Source: Chrysomallon squamiferum
Lineage: Eukaryota > Animalia > Mollusca
DNA length: 64,000 bases
Assembly: GCA_012295275.1 (NCBI GenBank)
Contig: CM022671.1
Coordinates: 20,336,001-20,400,000 of the forward strand
Direction of reading: 5' to 3'
Position numbers and translations under genes: made by a program. Below are positions 24,126 through 37,065 of this stretch, piece by piece; position 1 is the first letter of the stretch; every line of letters begins with the position of its first letter. Under the pieces are notes generated by a model, which saw only the letters and a list, made by a program, of their open reading frames with translations, did not search any database and was not told the DNA's origin.

Positions 24126-27100
24126 TATATCATAATTACATTTTCTCATTTTCTCTTATATTAAATATAAAGAAATATTTTAAAGAATACTTTAAATATC
24201 ATATATGCATCATACTGTACATCCCCAAAACCTGTAAGTGGATATTAATGTTACTGCCTCGTTTCTTAACAACGGTAACACTTGACGTACTCTTGGGAAC
24301 GATGACGAATGGTTACTGTGTTGTATGTATAGCGAAAACACTTAAAACAGTGGAAGCTTTACAAAGATTAGAGGAAAATGTGGACTAACGATACTATGAT
24401 CTGCGTTGAAATGAGTGCTGGTGGCGCGCCGTACGTCTTATTTCGTGAAAACGTCGTGAAGAAAGAATACGTTGGTTGTAAAGCAAAGCTGCAGGAATCA
24501 CGGATGTATAGTACAAAAGTGATGTTAAAATGAGTGGGGATACGCTTGAACAAGGACTGGATGTACATGTAAGTGTATCTCTGCAAATAATGCTTTACTG
24601 GACATGTTTGTTTTGCTGTATATATTTACTATTTATAGTTACTTACTGATACGAAATTATTTTACAGACAATGAAAATAAGTTTATTTAATGTTACTCAA
24701 CTAATAACTTTAAATTTAGTTTTATGTGAATTCCTGTAAGGATCACCTTCTTGGATAACCTATCCCGAAGTTTTAATTTTCTTTCTTTTTTTTTTTTTCC
24801 TTTTTTTTAAATTTTTAAATCTTCTTTTTCTTCTTCTTCTTCTCATTCTTCTTCTTCTTCTTTTTCTTCTTCTTCTTCTTATTATTATTATTCATCATCT
24901 TCTTCTTTTCTTCTTCTTCTTCTTCTTCTTCTTATTATTATTATTATGTGTTTTTAAAAAAAAAAGTGAGAGATGATTCCTGCTGGCGTCATATACTTTG
25001 GACCACTTTTATAGATTAGCTGGACCGTTATAATTACGTGCACTTTTCCTTTCCTTAGGTAGGAAGATCTGTTAATTTGTGTGTATGTATGTGTGTGCGT
25101 GTTGATTTGTTAATCAGTCAAAGGCGTATGTTGGGAAGGAATTATTATTTCTGATTGTTATACTTGTAACAGCCAGACTGTTATGAATTGACCCCAAAAT
25201 GACGCAGTAACAAAGTATGTAACTTATACAATGTATTTATTATTGTTACAGTTATATAACGTTTAACACATATTAATTGCAGCTGAGAATATATTATGTA
25301 ACGCTTGATATTTATTTATTATCTTTACAAATAGTGATGTAATTTGTAACATATACATTAATTCTTGTTGTTAATAGCGTATAGTGAAACACGAACATTT
25401 ATGTATTCCTACGACACAGACTTTAGGTTTCACTTTCAAGCTAGATAGCTATTATGATGTCAGAACGAATTATGCAAATGTACAGACGATGTACAGAGTT
25501 TTGAAAATGCAAATGGAACGAACACCATGTTCATAAATTTTGAAAGAACAAACAGACCCCTGAAGTATTTTATGAAAAGGAAATTATTAGTTATCTGAGG
25601 AGTTTGCGTGGTTTTATTTATTTGTTAGATCAAAAGAAGAAGTCCCTGTGGTGTGTTGTGGCCCGTTTAATTTATAGAATGTATAGTTCATTTCAAAATG
25701 GTTAGAAGTGAATGAATAATGATGTAGTATGCAGAAAATACACATGCGATAGTTATGTCGTTTTAAAATGACAACAGATCTAACACTAAAGATAAAAGTA
25801 TATGTCTAAGTAATTAATATAAAAAATGTGAAAAAAAAAAAAAATAAAATTGAATGAATAAAATTTCATGAATAAAATTTTACGACAGTCGAATAAGGAA
25901 AACAGATCTGATGCCAAAGATAATAAGACTAGAAAATAGTGCCAGTACAGACCAGCATCCAAAATATGACTATAATTGTGAAATATTCGTTTGTCTGACT
26001 CGTTTCAAACGCGATAAGGGAACAAGCAATCACGATTTTTACCATCTAGTTACCATTTCATAAAATTAAAGGTATTGTTGCGAAAATAACATCTCTCTAT
26101 CAAAGATCTGTTGTAGCAAGATTTTTACCATCTATCTGTCATGTCATAATATTAAAGATGTTGCGTTGGAAGAAGCACCTATCCAGCAGAGAACTGTTGC
26201 ATCAGTCAGTTTGCCCATACATGTCTAAGTTCTGTTATATCATATCGGGTCAGCTGTCAGTGGGCAATCTTGGCTTCTTATTTGCGTTGGAAGTAAACTC
26301 TTTGACATCGACAGAGAAAATAAGCACTCTAATGAGAGTCGAGATAAATCGTTTCATCTTTTGGCCAAAATTTTAATTATTTCTCACTCTGTTTTTCGAA
26401 ATAATAGAACGTTCTCTCGCAGTTTAAAATCATTATACGAGAAATTACATCGGTTAAAGACCTGCTGACTGGAAAACACACGCCATTCATTAACAGTGCA
26501 ACCGTGATTTAGTTAAAGAACATATACAGTTATCATAAGCGTGAGATATTAATCTTTTGGTGCTGTTAATGTTTATCTCATTCCTTCTGTCTTGTTTTTA
26601 TTAATATAAATTGATAAAAGACAAAACAATAAGAAAAACTGACATCGATGAATCCCATAGTAAACTTTATCAGTACGTGAAATCCACTGGAAATGGCGTA
26701 TCCGAATTTCTTGTAATTATGATCTTTCACCACAACATTAATTTGTTTTTCAAATCATTCCCAGTACATAGCTTGGATAATTTCTCTTGGGAACGGTGGC
26801 GTAGCTAATTCAGCCTGTCTATTTAGAAACTGAAAGAAGCAAAGAACTAAGAACTTTGGGATATTATCGAATTTTGATGTGTTTGGCTCATTCCAGTAAT
26901 ATCATCATTTTGGAAATACGGATGGCTCGGAAAGTTTATGATGAAAATGATAGTGAAATAAATTATATTTCATTTGATAAATATTAATGTTTAAAACTTT
27001 ATATTAATTATTATGAATATTTTATCTGCAGTAAAACTAACTATACTAGAACTGAGGGAACAGGAATTTTTACTTTTTTCTTGTATAGCTGGGACAAATT

Positions 27101-27609
27101 TGGTTCTAGTATATATTTGCTGCGATGACACAATGCCACAGGTTCAGAAATACTGATATAAATATTAATATGGTAGGTCTAACGACAGATACACAATATT
27201 TTCATATTTTGTTTCTGTTCAATCAATATACAGTTACAAATTCAACGATACCATTTATTTCAATTTATATATGACTTTTACATAAATACATGTAATCCAT
27301 TGTCAGCGTATCTTACAAACGTCAGAGTAGAGAATAAATATTATGTATTTATTGATAAATGTGATGTGATTCTAAAGTGAATACATATTGAAAGCTCCTG
27401 TTAAAAAACCGATTCTGCGTGTGCGAGCGAGCGTGCACGCATGTGTTCGTTTTAAATGAATCTTAGATTGCAGAGGTTATTACAACGGCAATTTTGTAAT
27501 TATTATCTTACACCAGTAAATTAATTTTGTATATATATATATATACTGTTACTGCTCGAAGTCTTAGCAAAGAGATTACGTGAAACATAATGATCAAGCT
27601 TTGCAGTTA

Positions 27610-27611
<2 letters not shown>

Positions 27612-27699
<88 letters not shown>
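27612..27699. repeat. (AT)n microsatellite
   Basis: Near-perfect AT run. Confidence 0.95.
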
Positions 27700-28042
27700 G
27701 GCAGTAACGGTTGGATGTGGTAATATCTGTATACTTACATTCCAGACAGGGAAATAATTATATGCTTTTCTAGTCTTGTTCAGAAACGCCAGATTCCTAA
27801 TTACATTTCTGAAACAAGTTAGCACGCGGGAGCCTTAAATGGAATTTTTATTATTTTGTGTTGTAATGAGTTCATTCTAGTCAAATGAGATATGTATGCA
27901 TGTGTATAATGAAGTGCTTGTTTCCATTCACTGCTTACCACATAGCAATTACAATCGTTTTATGTAATAAACTTCACTGTGTATGTATATAATTTAAGAG
28001 TATTTGTCGAAACAAACGCTTCACTACACATAAATACACGCA

Positions 28043-28083
<41 letters not shown>

Positions 28084-29513
28084 ATCGTTCTGTAATATTG
28101 TGATATTAGGACTCGTGCTTCAGCATCTGTTTTTCAGATTATTTCACTTTATTTAAGAACAAATATATACAAACACATTACGTATATGTGAGGTTCTGTA
28201 AATAATCAAAGGCTATCGATAAACTACAAACCACAGTTTCTGTCTTGTTTTGGTAGGTAGCCGTAACTCATATACTGATTTTTTTTTTCTTTTTTTTCCT
28301 TTTTTTAAATTTATTTATTGCCGGTTCAAAGATACGTCGAGTTATCTCAACTGTTGTTTTATTATTCCTATCTGGCAAAAAATCAGCTAAGATTATATCA
28401 CGAGAATTAGCTTCAGTCGATTACATATGATTAGAGTAAAGAGAAAAACGAATAAAAAGGTAATATAAGTTAAAACACTTATGTGTTACGACCAAATGAA
28501 CATGATTACAGTCATAAGCAACATTAAGACAGAGAAATAAAATAATAAATCTAGACTGCTTTAAAAATAAAATAAATAAATAACAACAACTACTGCCACT
28601 TCTAAAACAACAACAACAGTAGCAATGACATGAAGATGAGAAAATACTGTAAACATACCAAAAAATGTAAAAATGCGGTTACAAGTTTTATTATTATTAT
28701 TATTATTGTTGTTGTTTTTGTTTTTATTTTTAATTTTAATTTTATTTTATTTTATTTTATTTTATTTTTTTTTTTTTTTTTTTTTATTTTTTTTTTTTAT
28801 TTAATGAGGATGAGTCGACTGTGAGATTCACTCACGTAAGAGATAATCTGCAGCTGTACTCACCCGTCTTCCTTTGGGATTAACCAGGAGAGTTTTAAGA
28901 AAGAAACGTCAGATCGAGTTTGTTAAATTCCCATGACTACAACTCATGAATGACCAGTTCGTTGGGAATTGTTTCCGTTCGTTTGCGATTAACGACACGA
29001 TATTCTCAGCGCCAGGAAGGCGCTTTGTCAAGTACAGAATTTATGATAATTCACACTGTCATTTTGGTTTTGAATCTGCTCTTTCCATTGCTTGTTTTCT
29101 GCGCTGTACTAACTATAATTAAATACCATGGAGTATCAGGTATTACATATTAATACAGACTTAGGTTTTTCTTCATTTCGAGAGTTTGTTAAACGTGCTT
29201 CAGTTATTAGGTTTTTGTTAAAACTTGCTTCAGATATTATATTTAAGAACGTAATCATTAACTTGACTGTAATCTTTTCAGTTCGTTTAAGGTAAGTTTT
29301 TGATATTAAATTTTATAATAAGAAAGATATATTTTGTGTCACGTTTTGCGAGAATAATCACAAATTTGTCGTTAATGTCCTTGTTATAAAATTATTCTTG
29401 AACACCCTTAGCAGCATTAGTAATAACAGATAATGTCATTTTCATAATACGGTTTACACAACGATTTATTAAAAAAAAACCTTTTACTTAATGTTGTATT
29501 GTATTTTCAGATC

Positions 29514-30770
29514 ATGTCAGGAGCTATAAACAAAACCTGTAAGGTGGTATTACTATCTGGCAACAGAAGTGAGACATTTAATGGAACTGAGGATGATCTT
29601 ACTGCACAGCTAAACATCATCAATGACGAAAAGGCAGTGCATTACATACCAGTTATGGTATGGGTTGTTTTGTTGATGTTTATCGGCCTTGTTGGGAACT
29701 CTTTAGTCATTTACGTTTACCGCCGCAGATTCAAAAAAACTTCATCCAATTATTTCATTCTGACTATGGCTCTGTTCGATCTTTTAGCGTGTATTGTAGG
29801 ACTGCCTACAGAACTGTACGATCTGAGATATCCTTACACGTTCTACAGCCCTGTCGGTTGCAAAATATTTAGATTTACAGAGACTTTTGTTATCTACGGA
29901 TCGACAATAGTTTTAGTGGAAATTGCTTTTGACAGATTCTTCAAAATTTGTCGTCCTTTAAAGTTTATCAGTTTATTCAAAATCAAAGTATCATGCATTC
30001 TTGCAGCCGTACTAGCTCTCATATTATCTATTCCATCTTCGATATTGTACGGAATCACTCGATCAGAAACTCGAATCGAGGGTCTGTGTACGTACGACTG
30101 TTCCATTGAAGACAAATATGTGAAGACGACTTTTCAAAAATTCTATTACTTCACTTTATTGATCGTATTCGCTTTCACATTATTCACATTAACAGTCATG
30201 TACATCAGAATTTGGCTGGAAATTAGATGTCGCAAACAAATGTTAATTAGTGATCAAATCAACTCAAGCAAAGATACCTCAAATGGGAGGGGGAAAATGA
30301 AGTCAAGATTTTTACCCAGTTTCAGTGACGGTGACGATGAATACAGTAACAATGTTAGCAGCACCAACGGCGATCAAAGCAGACGATCGAGAATAGAGAG
30401 TATGGCATCACAAGCATCAAATGTAAAAGTCAGCCGCACGACCGTCATGTTGTTCGCCGTCTCAGTAGCGTTTGTTGTTAGTTATCTCCCTTCAATCGTT
30501 GTTATGGTGCTTCGATCGTGTATTAAAGATTTGGAAAAAAACCAAACGGTGGCTGCAGACGTGGCCAGCAAGCTCTTCTCAAAGTTTTACTTCATAAACA
30601 ATGCTAGCAATCCGCTCATATATAGTTTTCTCAACATAAACTTCAGAAACCAAGCTAAATGTACGCTTCAAAAGATTATCTGTTTCGACAGACGCAGAAA
30701 GTATCGTCGTACACACAAATCTGATTCGGACAGAAGTACGAAAAAGGAAATTATAGTTCTAGATGGGTAA
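29514..30770 (+). CDS. Class A (rhodopsin-like) orphan GPCR, peptide-receptor-like; single coding exon, 418 aa
   Basis: Seven hydrophobic segments: TM1 GLVGN, TM2 MALFDLL, TM3 GCK...AFDRF, TM6 FVVSYLP, TM7 NNASNPLIY. N-terminal sequons NKT, NRS, NGT. The track ORF starts at a TTG (29499) inside an acceptor (ttttcag, AG at 29509-29510), so the ATG at 29514 is the likely start. Confidence 0.93.
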   Translation: MSGAINKTCKVVLLSGNRSETFNGTEDDLTAQLNIINDEKAVHYIPVMVWVVLLMFIGLVGNSLVIYVYRRRFKKTSSNYFILTMALFDLLACIVGLPTELYDLRYPYTFYSPVGCKIFRFTETFVIYGSTIVLVEIAFDRFFKICRPLKFISLFKIKVSCILAAVLALILSIPSSILYGITRSETRIEGLCTYDCSIEDKYVKTTFQKFYYFTLLIVFAFTLFTLTVMYIRIWLEIRCRKQMLISDQINSSKDTSNGRGKMKSRFLPSFSDGDDEYSNNVSSTNGDQSRRSRIESMASQASNVKVSRTTVMLFAVSVAFVVSYLPSIVVMVLRSCIKDLEKNQTVAADVASKLFSKFYFINNASNPLIYSFLNINFRNQAKCTLQKIICFDRRRKYRRTHKSDSDRSTKKEIIVLDG

Positions 30771-31957
30771 TAACAAATACAAAGGTTTATTTATTTATTT
30801 TTATTATTATTATTTTTTTAACAAGATTAATATCTTTACATTTAAAAGAAAAATAATAATACTTAAAACGTTGGATAAAATAAGAACAGAAACCTTTTAA
30901 AAAAAAAAAATTTAATTCATTTATTTTTTTTTTTTTAATTTTATGATAATGACGTGCTTTTTACATATTTCCCATCTCATTTAGTTAAGCATGAAACATG
31001 TATGGTTTATAACAACAGTTTTCATGTATTTATTGCATAAAATACAGGTGCAGTGTACTGACAAAAAATTATCTTACCATGCTGGAACAAAACGGGAAAC
31101 GTTAACTTCATTGACGTTAGTGACTAATTTTCTCTAACAATACATCAAATTGTTGAATCATGATTTTAGTGAAAAGGTGTTTGTTTTTTTGTTTGTCTAT
31201 TGTTGAGAGAGAGTGGGTGTGTATACATAATATACGTATGTTTTTATTAAAAACAATGTACTTTAATTAAGTTAAATTAAAAATATATATTATTTATCCG
31301 TGTTTCATTTATGCTTCCTAGAAATCCTAACAAACAGTTTGATATTTCGTTTCAACCAACTATATAGATAACATTCCACAAACTTCGATCATTCTTTTGC
31401 TGAAGTTACGTATGACGTTAGTTCCCACTTCCCTTGAATACTTACTATTTGGTTCAATTCATGTATGTATTTATTTATTTGTTTATTTTTTAATCGTTGT
31501 TCATATTTACGAAATCATACTAACTGTTCCAAAAATGACTGTAATTCAATTCTTTTCTCTACCCGAAGATAAATGTATAGTTAATTCGGTCAAAGATGAA
31601 TTAATAGCGTAAATAATGACGATTTCCTTTTGTCGGTAACAAGTTTCCTCCAGAGAGAAACTTCATCCGCTGCAGATGGATTTTCACAGTACCGTTACTC
31701 ATCGTTTTGAATTCTAATCATTAGTAGTATAGGCTCCAACAGTGATTTCGCAACTGACATAAATATGTCTAGACTGCAACACGTCACTGAAAGTTCATTT
31801 GCCTTTACTGTCCAGTCCCGTTTTTTGGTGGGCACATTTTTGGATTTTGCAGATTTAAGGTTTAACCTGAATAGAAATTATCATTATTATTAGTAGTATT
31901 TTGTTGTTACATTATTTTTTGTCATTTTTTTTTTTTTATTATTATTATTTTATTTAC

Positions 31958-31997
<40 letters not shown>

Positions 31998-33529
31998 TAT
32001 TATTATTTTTTTTTTTAAGTTGTCACAAATTTCTATTAATGTAATCAAATCATAATAAAAGACTCCCTCAAAATTTTTATTTATCCTCCATACATCCCCA
32101 CGACCTTATAATGAATTGTCATATTTACTGCATAAAGTCAAATCATAATTTTGAAAATTAGAAATGTGTACATACCACCAACAGCATGCTCTGGAGTACA
32201 CATAAATAATACAGAAAATCTTTATGATCCTTATACACGATAAATCTTCCTTCCATGTGTATTTTCATATGTATGTACGTATGTGTGTATATGTAAGTAT
32301 ATAGGTACCTGCCTATGTGTTTATGTGTATTATACAATTTTATCTTCTTCATTTTTATTAATCTCCCCTTTTTATTATATTTTTTTTCATTAAAGTAAAT
32401 CAAAAATAGAGTTGTCACAGCTACTGATTGATTTTTTTTTTAATCAATATAAATTGTATGAAATGATTATGATGTTTATTGTTATTGTTATTGTTATATC
32501 AGTTAGATGAACTGATGTTTGGTTTATCAATTTCATGTCTGTTACTTACCGGATGTTGATGATGATGTAATGTTTTTTTTATGTTTTGTTTTATTGTTGT
32601 TGTTGTTTCGTTCGTTTGTTATTGTTTTTGGGGGTTGTGTTGGTGTTTTTTGGTTTTTTTTTTAAAGTGTTTGCATTTTCTTATTATTTCTATATGCGCC
32701 GAAAATAGAAAAAAAAATAAAAAGGGAAAAGAAAAAAGAAAGAACAGCAAGAGGTGGTTTGATAGGAAATATTAAAATTATTGTTAAATTACTCTAGAGT
32801 AACTTATTTTGAAACCAGTTTGTCATGCTGTCAATAAATAAATAAATAAATAAATAAATAATAGTGGCAGAAAAATAGTAGTAGTAGTAGTGGTGAATGA
32901 TAAAAACCGATGATAGTGCTAAATAATATAGCTTTATCTCATTCCAGATATTCTATTAATTTTAACAGCTCATTAAATGCCATATCTGCAAATACTTCTA
33001 CCTCATTTTGTCCGTATTGTTTTAATGTTAACTGTTTGGGCATGTTTTAGGTCTTGTTTGCACAATATATGCAACACTCTGAATCAATATACTTTAATAA
33101 TTTCAACTGCCCGAGGACATACAAGAAGGCCAAAATGAAAAAAAAAAATATATATTTATATATATTTTTATTAATAAACTTTTGAAGCAAACGTCGGCTG
33201 TTTTTATTCAGCCTTCGATTACGATATTAGTTCAGTTCGTTTATACATCCGACTGGGTCATATTTTATTATTAAGTTTTAGTATTGATTTGATCAGAAAG
33301 CTTAAATTATATGTTACAAAGCGTGATACTAGAATATATATTCCCTAAAAACAAATTTTAAAGGGGGAAAAGCAGTATCTGCGGTGTAGACATGTGTCAT
33401 TAAATTTAAAATTTAGATTTTGATTTCTTTAATATTTTCAGTAAAATTGCTCGTTTTTTAATACAAAATTTAAATTTATAGTACTCATTAATTTATTTAT
33501 TTTGTCGTTTTTGTTTTGTTTTATTTAAC

Positions 33530-33587
<58 letters not shown>

Positions 33588-34238
33588 GCACATATTTGTA
33601 ACCTTATTAAGTTTATCATTGTATATCGGAACATTCTATAAATTTGCCGCTTAATCACTGTCGGAGTAAAACTCACTTTCATCTTGATTATCATCCAGAA
33701 ATACCGATGCATGTTTAAATATCGATAAACGGTAATATTCGTTTTGAAAATGATGAAGTTGTGAAACAAAAAAGTCAGCTAAGAGCATTCTTTTCACGTG
33801 ATATTTTTTTTTTTTTTTTTTTTTTATTTTTTTAATTATTATTATTATTATTATTATTTTACAAACCACGTATTAATACAGTATACTAGTTATAATTTAT
33901 CACATTTATTTAAAGGTTCACAAGGCATGTCAATAATGCATTTTTGGTTGTATTTATGAACTCTTTATCCATTTCATAAACCATCATGTAGAAAACAAAC
34001 AGCTTAATAAACGGGTCAGTACTGTGTTAAAAATCCATAATCAAAATGGACATATAATTATGTGTATTGTATATACACGTACGTAAATGGGATGTCCGAG
34101 TTCTGAAAGCAGAAAATGGGGTTACTGCTTATGTGCCATCTCCTCTTATTCAAACTATATTTGCTAATCTCTGTATCGAATTAGTAAATAAATCGTCATT
34201 TGTTATGGGGTGCATATGTCTGATTTAATCAAAAAATT

Positions 34239-34326
<88 letters not shown>
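34239..34326. repeat. Compound (TG)n(AG)n microsatellite
   Basis: Direct reading. Confidence 0.9.
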
Positions 34327-34328
<2 letters not shown>

Positions 34329-34591
34329 ATACTTTAGAGTAATTATACTTTTTGTTGTCAGCATTATTATTTTTAATTTCTGTGTTTGTATTGAATATGT
34401 TTCGTTGTTGTGTAATAAATATAAATGTGCAAAAACAATTCTTCTTGTTGTTTTTTTTAAATGTCATTATAAATTATGATGGAATTTACCTCTGTAAACA
34501 GATAGATGTATTTAAAATAAAAAAGGTTCATAATAAAAAAAAAAAAAAAAAAAAACCATTCTGTGATGTTTCCATGAAAATTCTGAAACTA

Positions 34592-34929
34592 CAGGTACCG
34601 GTCCAATTATCCGGCGTCCTGAAATACGGAAAGATCAGAAAACCGGAAGTTTTTTGCCGACGCTGTTTTCATAGTTTGCGCGCGCAGGTGTTGTCATCAT
34701 CAGATCGGAACTACTCTTTCAAGCCGCTTGGCGTTCATTCACTCGCCGCATTGTTTACGTGTCGAGTCGCCACAGTTGTGTATCGTCAATTTTCTTTATG
34801 TTTTTAATTTTAAAATGTTTATGCCTAACTATTTACGTATTTAGATGCCTTGGTACACGAAAACCGGAAAATCCAGAAATCCGGAATGCCTCAGGCCCCC
34901 AGGAGTCCGGATAATTGGTCCGGTACCTG
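34592..34929. mobile_element. MITE with 23-bp TIRs and TA target-site duplication (Tc1/mariner-pogo type)
   Basis: TA|CAGGTACCGGTCCAATTATCCGG ... CCGGATAATTGGTCCGGTACCTG|TA, one mismatch between TIRs. Subterminal AAACCGGAA/AAATCCGGAA repeats; 338 bp; no coding capacity. Confidence 0.9.
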
Positions 34930-35382
34930 TATAATATTACTATTTCAATAAATATTTCTAATGTTTTCTTTGACATACTGATTAGAACGAAATTTTAATA
35001 TATAAAATATTACACGGCAAAGCCAAAAGCCGGTGTAAAATTCAAATTGTAGATAGCTGGCTCCATTTAATGACTTTTCTTTAATCAACCTTTCTAGCTG
35101 TCATCTGCTCTTTGTTTACATACTTCCACCGACATTCGATAATTGCTCATTTGAAAGGTAATTTCGACGAAGCTGTTTAATTTGATTTGAAATAATAACT
35201 TAATACAGTGTGTGCGTGATAATTTCAAATAATGCAATACGTTAGCCTTTCTTAAAGAACGAATACATTAGTGTGTTTTATTAATAAAATAAAGTAGTAG
35301 AAAGTAAATAAATGAAGAAAGAAAGAAAAGTTAAAGAAAACAGAACAAGAAAAAAGTATCGGATTTTGTGTTCGCTGCACAC

Positions 35383-36126
35383 TAGGGTTTGCAAATTACC
35401 GATAATATCAATACCGGTAAATTACCGACAGATATTCTCAATACCGGTTTTCACCGGTTTTAGTTAATTTGTGCATAGGAAAAAGTACTTACGGGGCTTT
35501 TGTGGACTGTTTTCTCTTACACATACTCATTTTCAATATTATCTGACACTCTCCTGACACCATTATTCATTATCCTCCTTTTCCTACCTGTCTTCAGAAA
35601 AAAATCGTGAAATGAATGTTTAAAGAACTTAAAATGGGTATAAAAGGTATATAAGAAAAATACATGCAATACAAAACCAAGAAGAAATGTGGATGCGAAT
35701 TTTATAAAAAGGAAACAAAGAAAATGCGATTCACATGTTTTGCAACTTTTGAAAAGTTCTGATTCATTCCTCGTTACTCGAGAAGTATGACTTTAAAAAA
35801 CACAAAACATCTAGTGTCTTGGGCGACAAACGAGAAGCAGGAGCCAATCCCTTATCACTAGTTGCCAAAATTATTTAGGATGGCACACATGCCAGCAATC
35901 GAAGAGGTAAACGCGGAACATTAAAGAGACGAGCATCGAACTCGCATCTGAAGGCATGATCACAACAACCGAGTAACTAACATAATCTTATGTTAACAAC
36001 TAACATATCTCTCAACATAAATCGTTAAAATTTAGAAAACCGGTATTGATGCTTTGGTAACGGTGTTACCCATCAATTACTGAAACCGGTATTTACCGGT
36101 ATTTAAATACCGGTTTTCGAACCCTA
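35383..36126. mobile_element. Non-autonomous hAT-type DNA transposon
   Basis: Termini TAGGGTTTGCAAA ... TTTTCGAACCCTA. 8-bp target duplication CTGCACAC (35375-35382) / TTGCACAC (36127-36134). Subterminal arrays of ATACCGGT/ACCGGTAT at both ends. Confidence 0.85.
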
Positions 36127-36734
36127 TTGCACACCCAGTCGGCCTACAGTCTTACATAGATATCTACTGGCATACATACATGGATGCAAACACATGCATA
36201 CTGATCCTGTCCCGGAACCCATCCCTGGCGATCCCAGAGATCGGATCCGTGATAGGCGTGCCCGAACCTTGAATTGGACGTGGGCACGTAAAAAGAGTTC
36301 TCCATACCACACATGCATACAGATAGACATACGGACTTGGGTATATTTCAACGTACGTACATACATACATACAAATGTACATACATACACACATACATGA
36401 ATGCATTTACATATATACGTATGTACATACATGCGCACACCCATCAATGTACCTACACGCCATACACACACGCACATGTTCATCCGACCACATTCATATA
36501 TATATATGCGTACGTGATTGTGAACTTTACTAGTATTGTATCATTTGCTTGTCTATTCATAATACAGATACATACACATGATTCAACCAAATATTGAAAA
36601 GCTGCGTTTCTGCTAATCTTTTATACACAAAAATAAATGGAGGTGAGAGTAAAGTGTAAGAAATAATATGTTATTTTGGGAAAATCTGAAATAGCGTCAC
36701 GGAAACTAAAATAAAACGCGCATATTAAAAAACA

Positions 36735-36780
36735 GTCGGTTTTCTGGAATTTTCGGATTTCTGGAAGCTGGATAAAATTA
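36735..36780 (-). mobile_element. Decayed terminal fragment related to the 34592-34929 MITE
   Basis: GTCGGTTTTCTGGAATTTTCGGATTTCTGGAAGCTGGATAA aligns to the reverse complement of the MITE left end (TCCGGTTTTCTGATCTTTCCGTATTTCAGGACGCCGGATAA). Confidence 0.5.
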
Positions 36781-37042
36781 AGGGTTCATTACCTGAACGA
36801 CACATAATGATATAAGGTAACTTAAAATACACATCACTTAATTCTATTATTCAAAATTCTGCATAAACAATTTTTATCTGAAAATGTACAAAATGTAACA
36901 GGCTATACAACGTACTATGCCTTATGGTGTGAAATTATTAATGATTATACATACATACACGATAAACGCAAAGTGATAAACATAATTTGAATATTTTCTT
37001 TTTTTAGCAACCCATGGGAGATTACTCTCTTAAGATATGGTA

Positions 37043-37050
37043 TCACGTGA
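37043..37050. promoter_or_regulatory. TCACGTGA E-box (CLEAR-like MiT/TFE or USF site) just upstream of the sortilin ATG
   Basis: Palindromic TCACGTGA ending 15 bp before the ATG at 37066. It matches the core of the CLEAR element of lysosomal/endosomal genes. Confidence 0.4.
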
Positions 37051-37065
37051 GATCACAGTTTGAAG

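Noticed and set aside
29660-30115. Alternative-frame and antisense ORFs inside the GPCR
   Set aside because: Short shadows of the real CDS with no independent signal.
31630-31700. Hammerhead-like CGGATGA...GAAAC on the minus strand
   Set aside because: The core is CGGATGA rather than CTGANGA, and GAAAC is sequestered in a simple hairpin; stems I and III cannot be built.
34352-34807. 151-aa ORF
   Set aside because: Runs through low-complexity DNA into the MITE; no recognisable domain.
36124-36597. Cluster of ORFs around the GC-rich hairpins
   Set aside because: Open only because of the flanking (TACA)n repeats.
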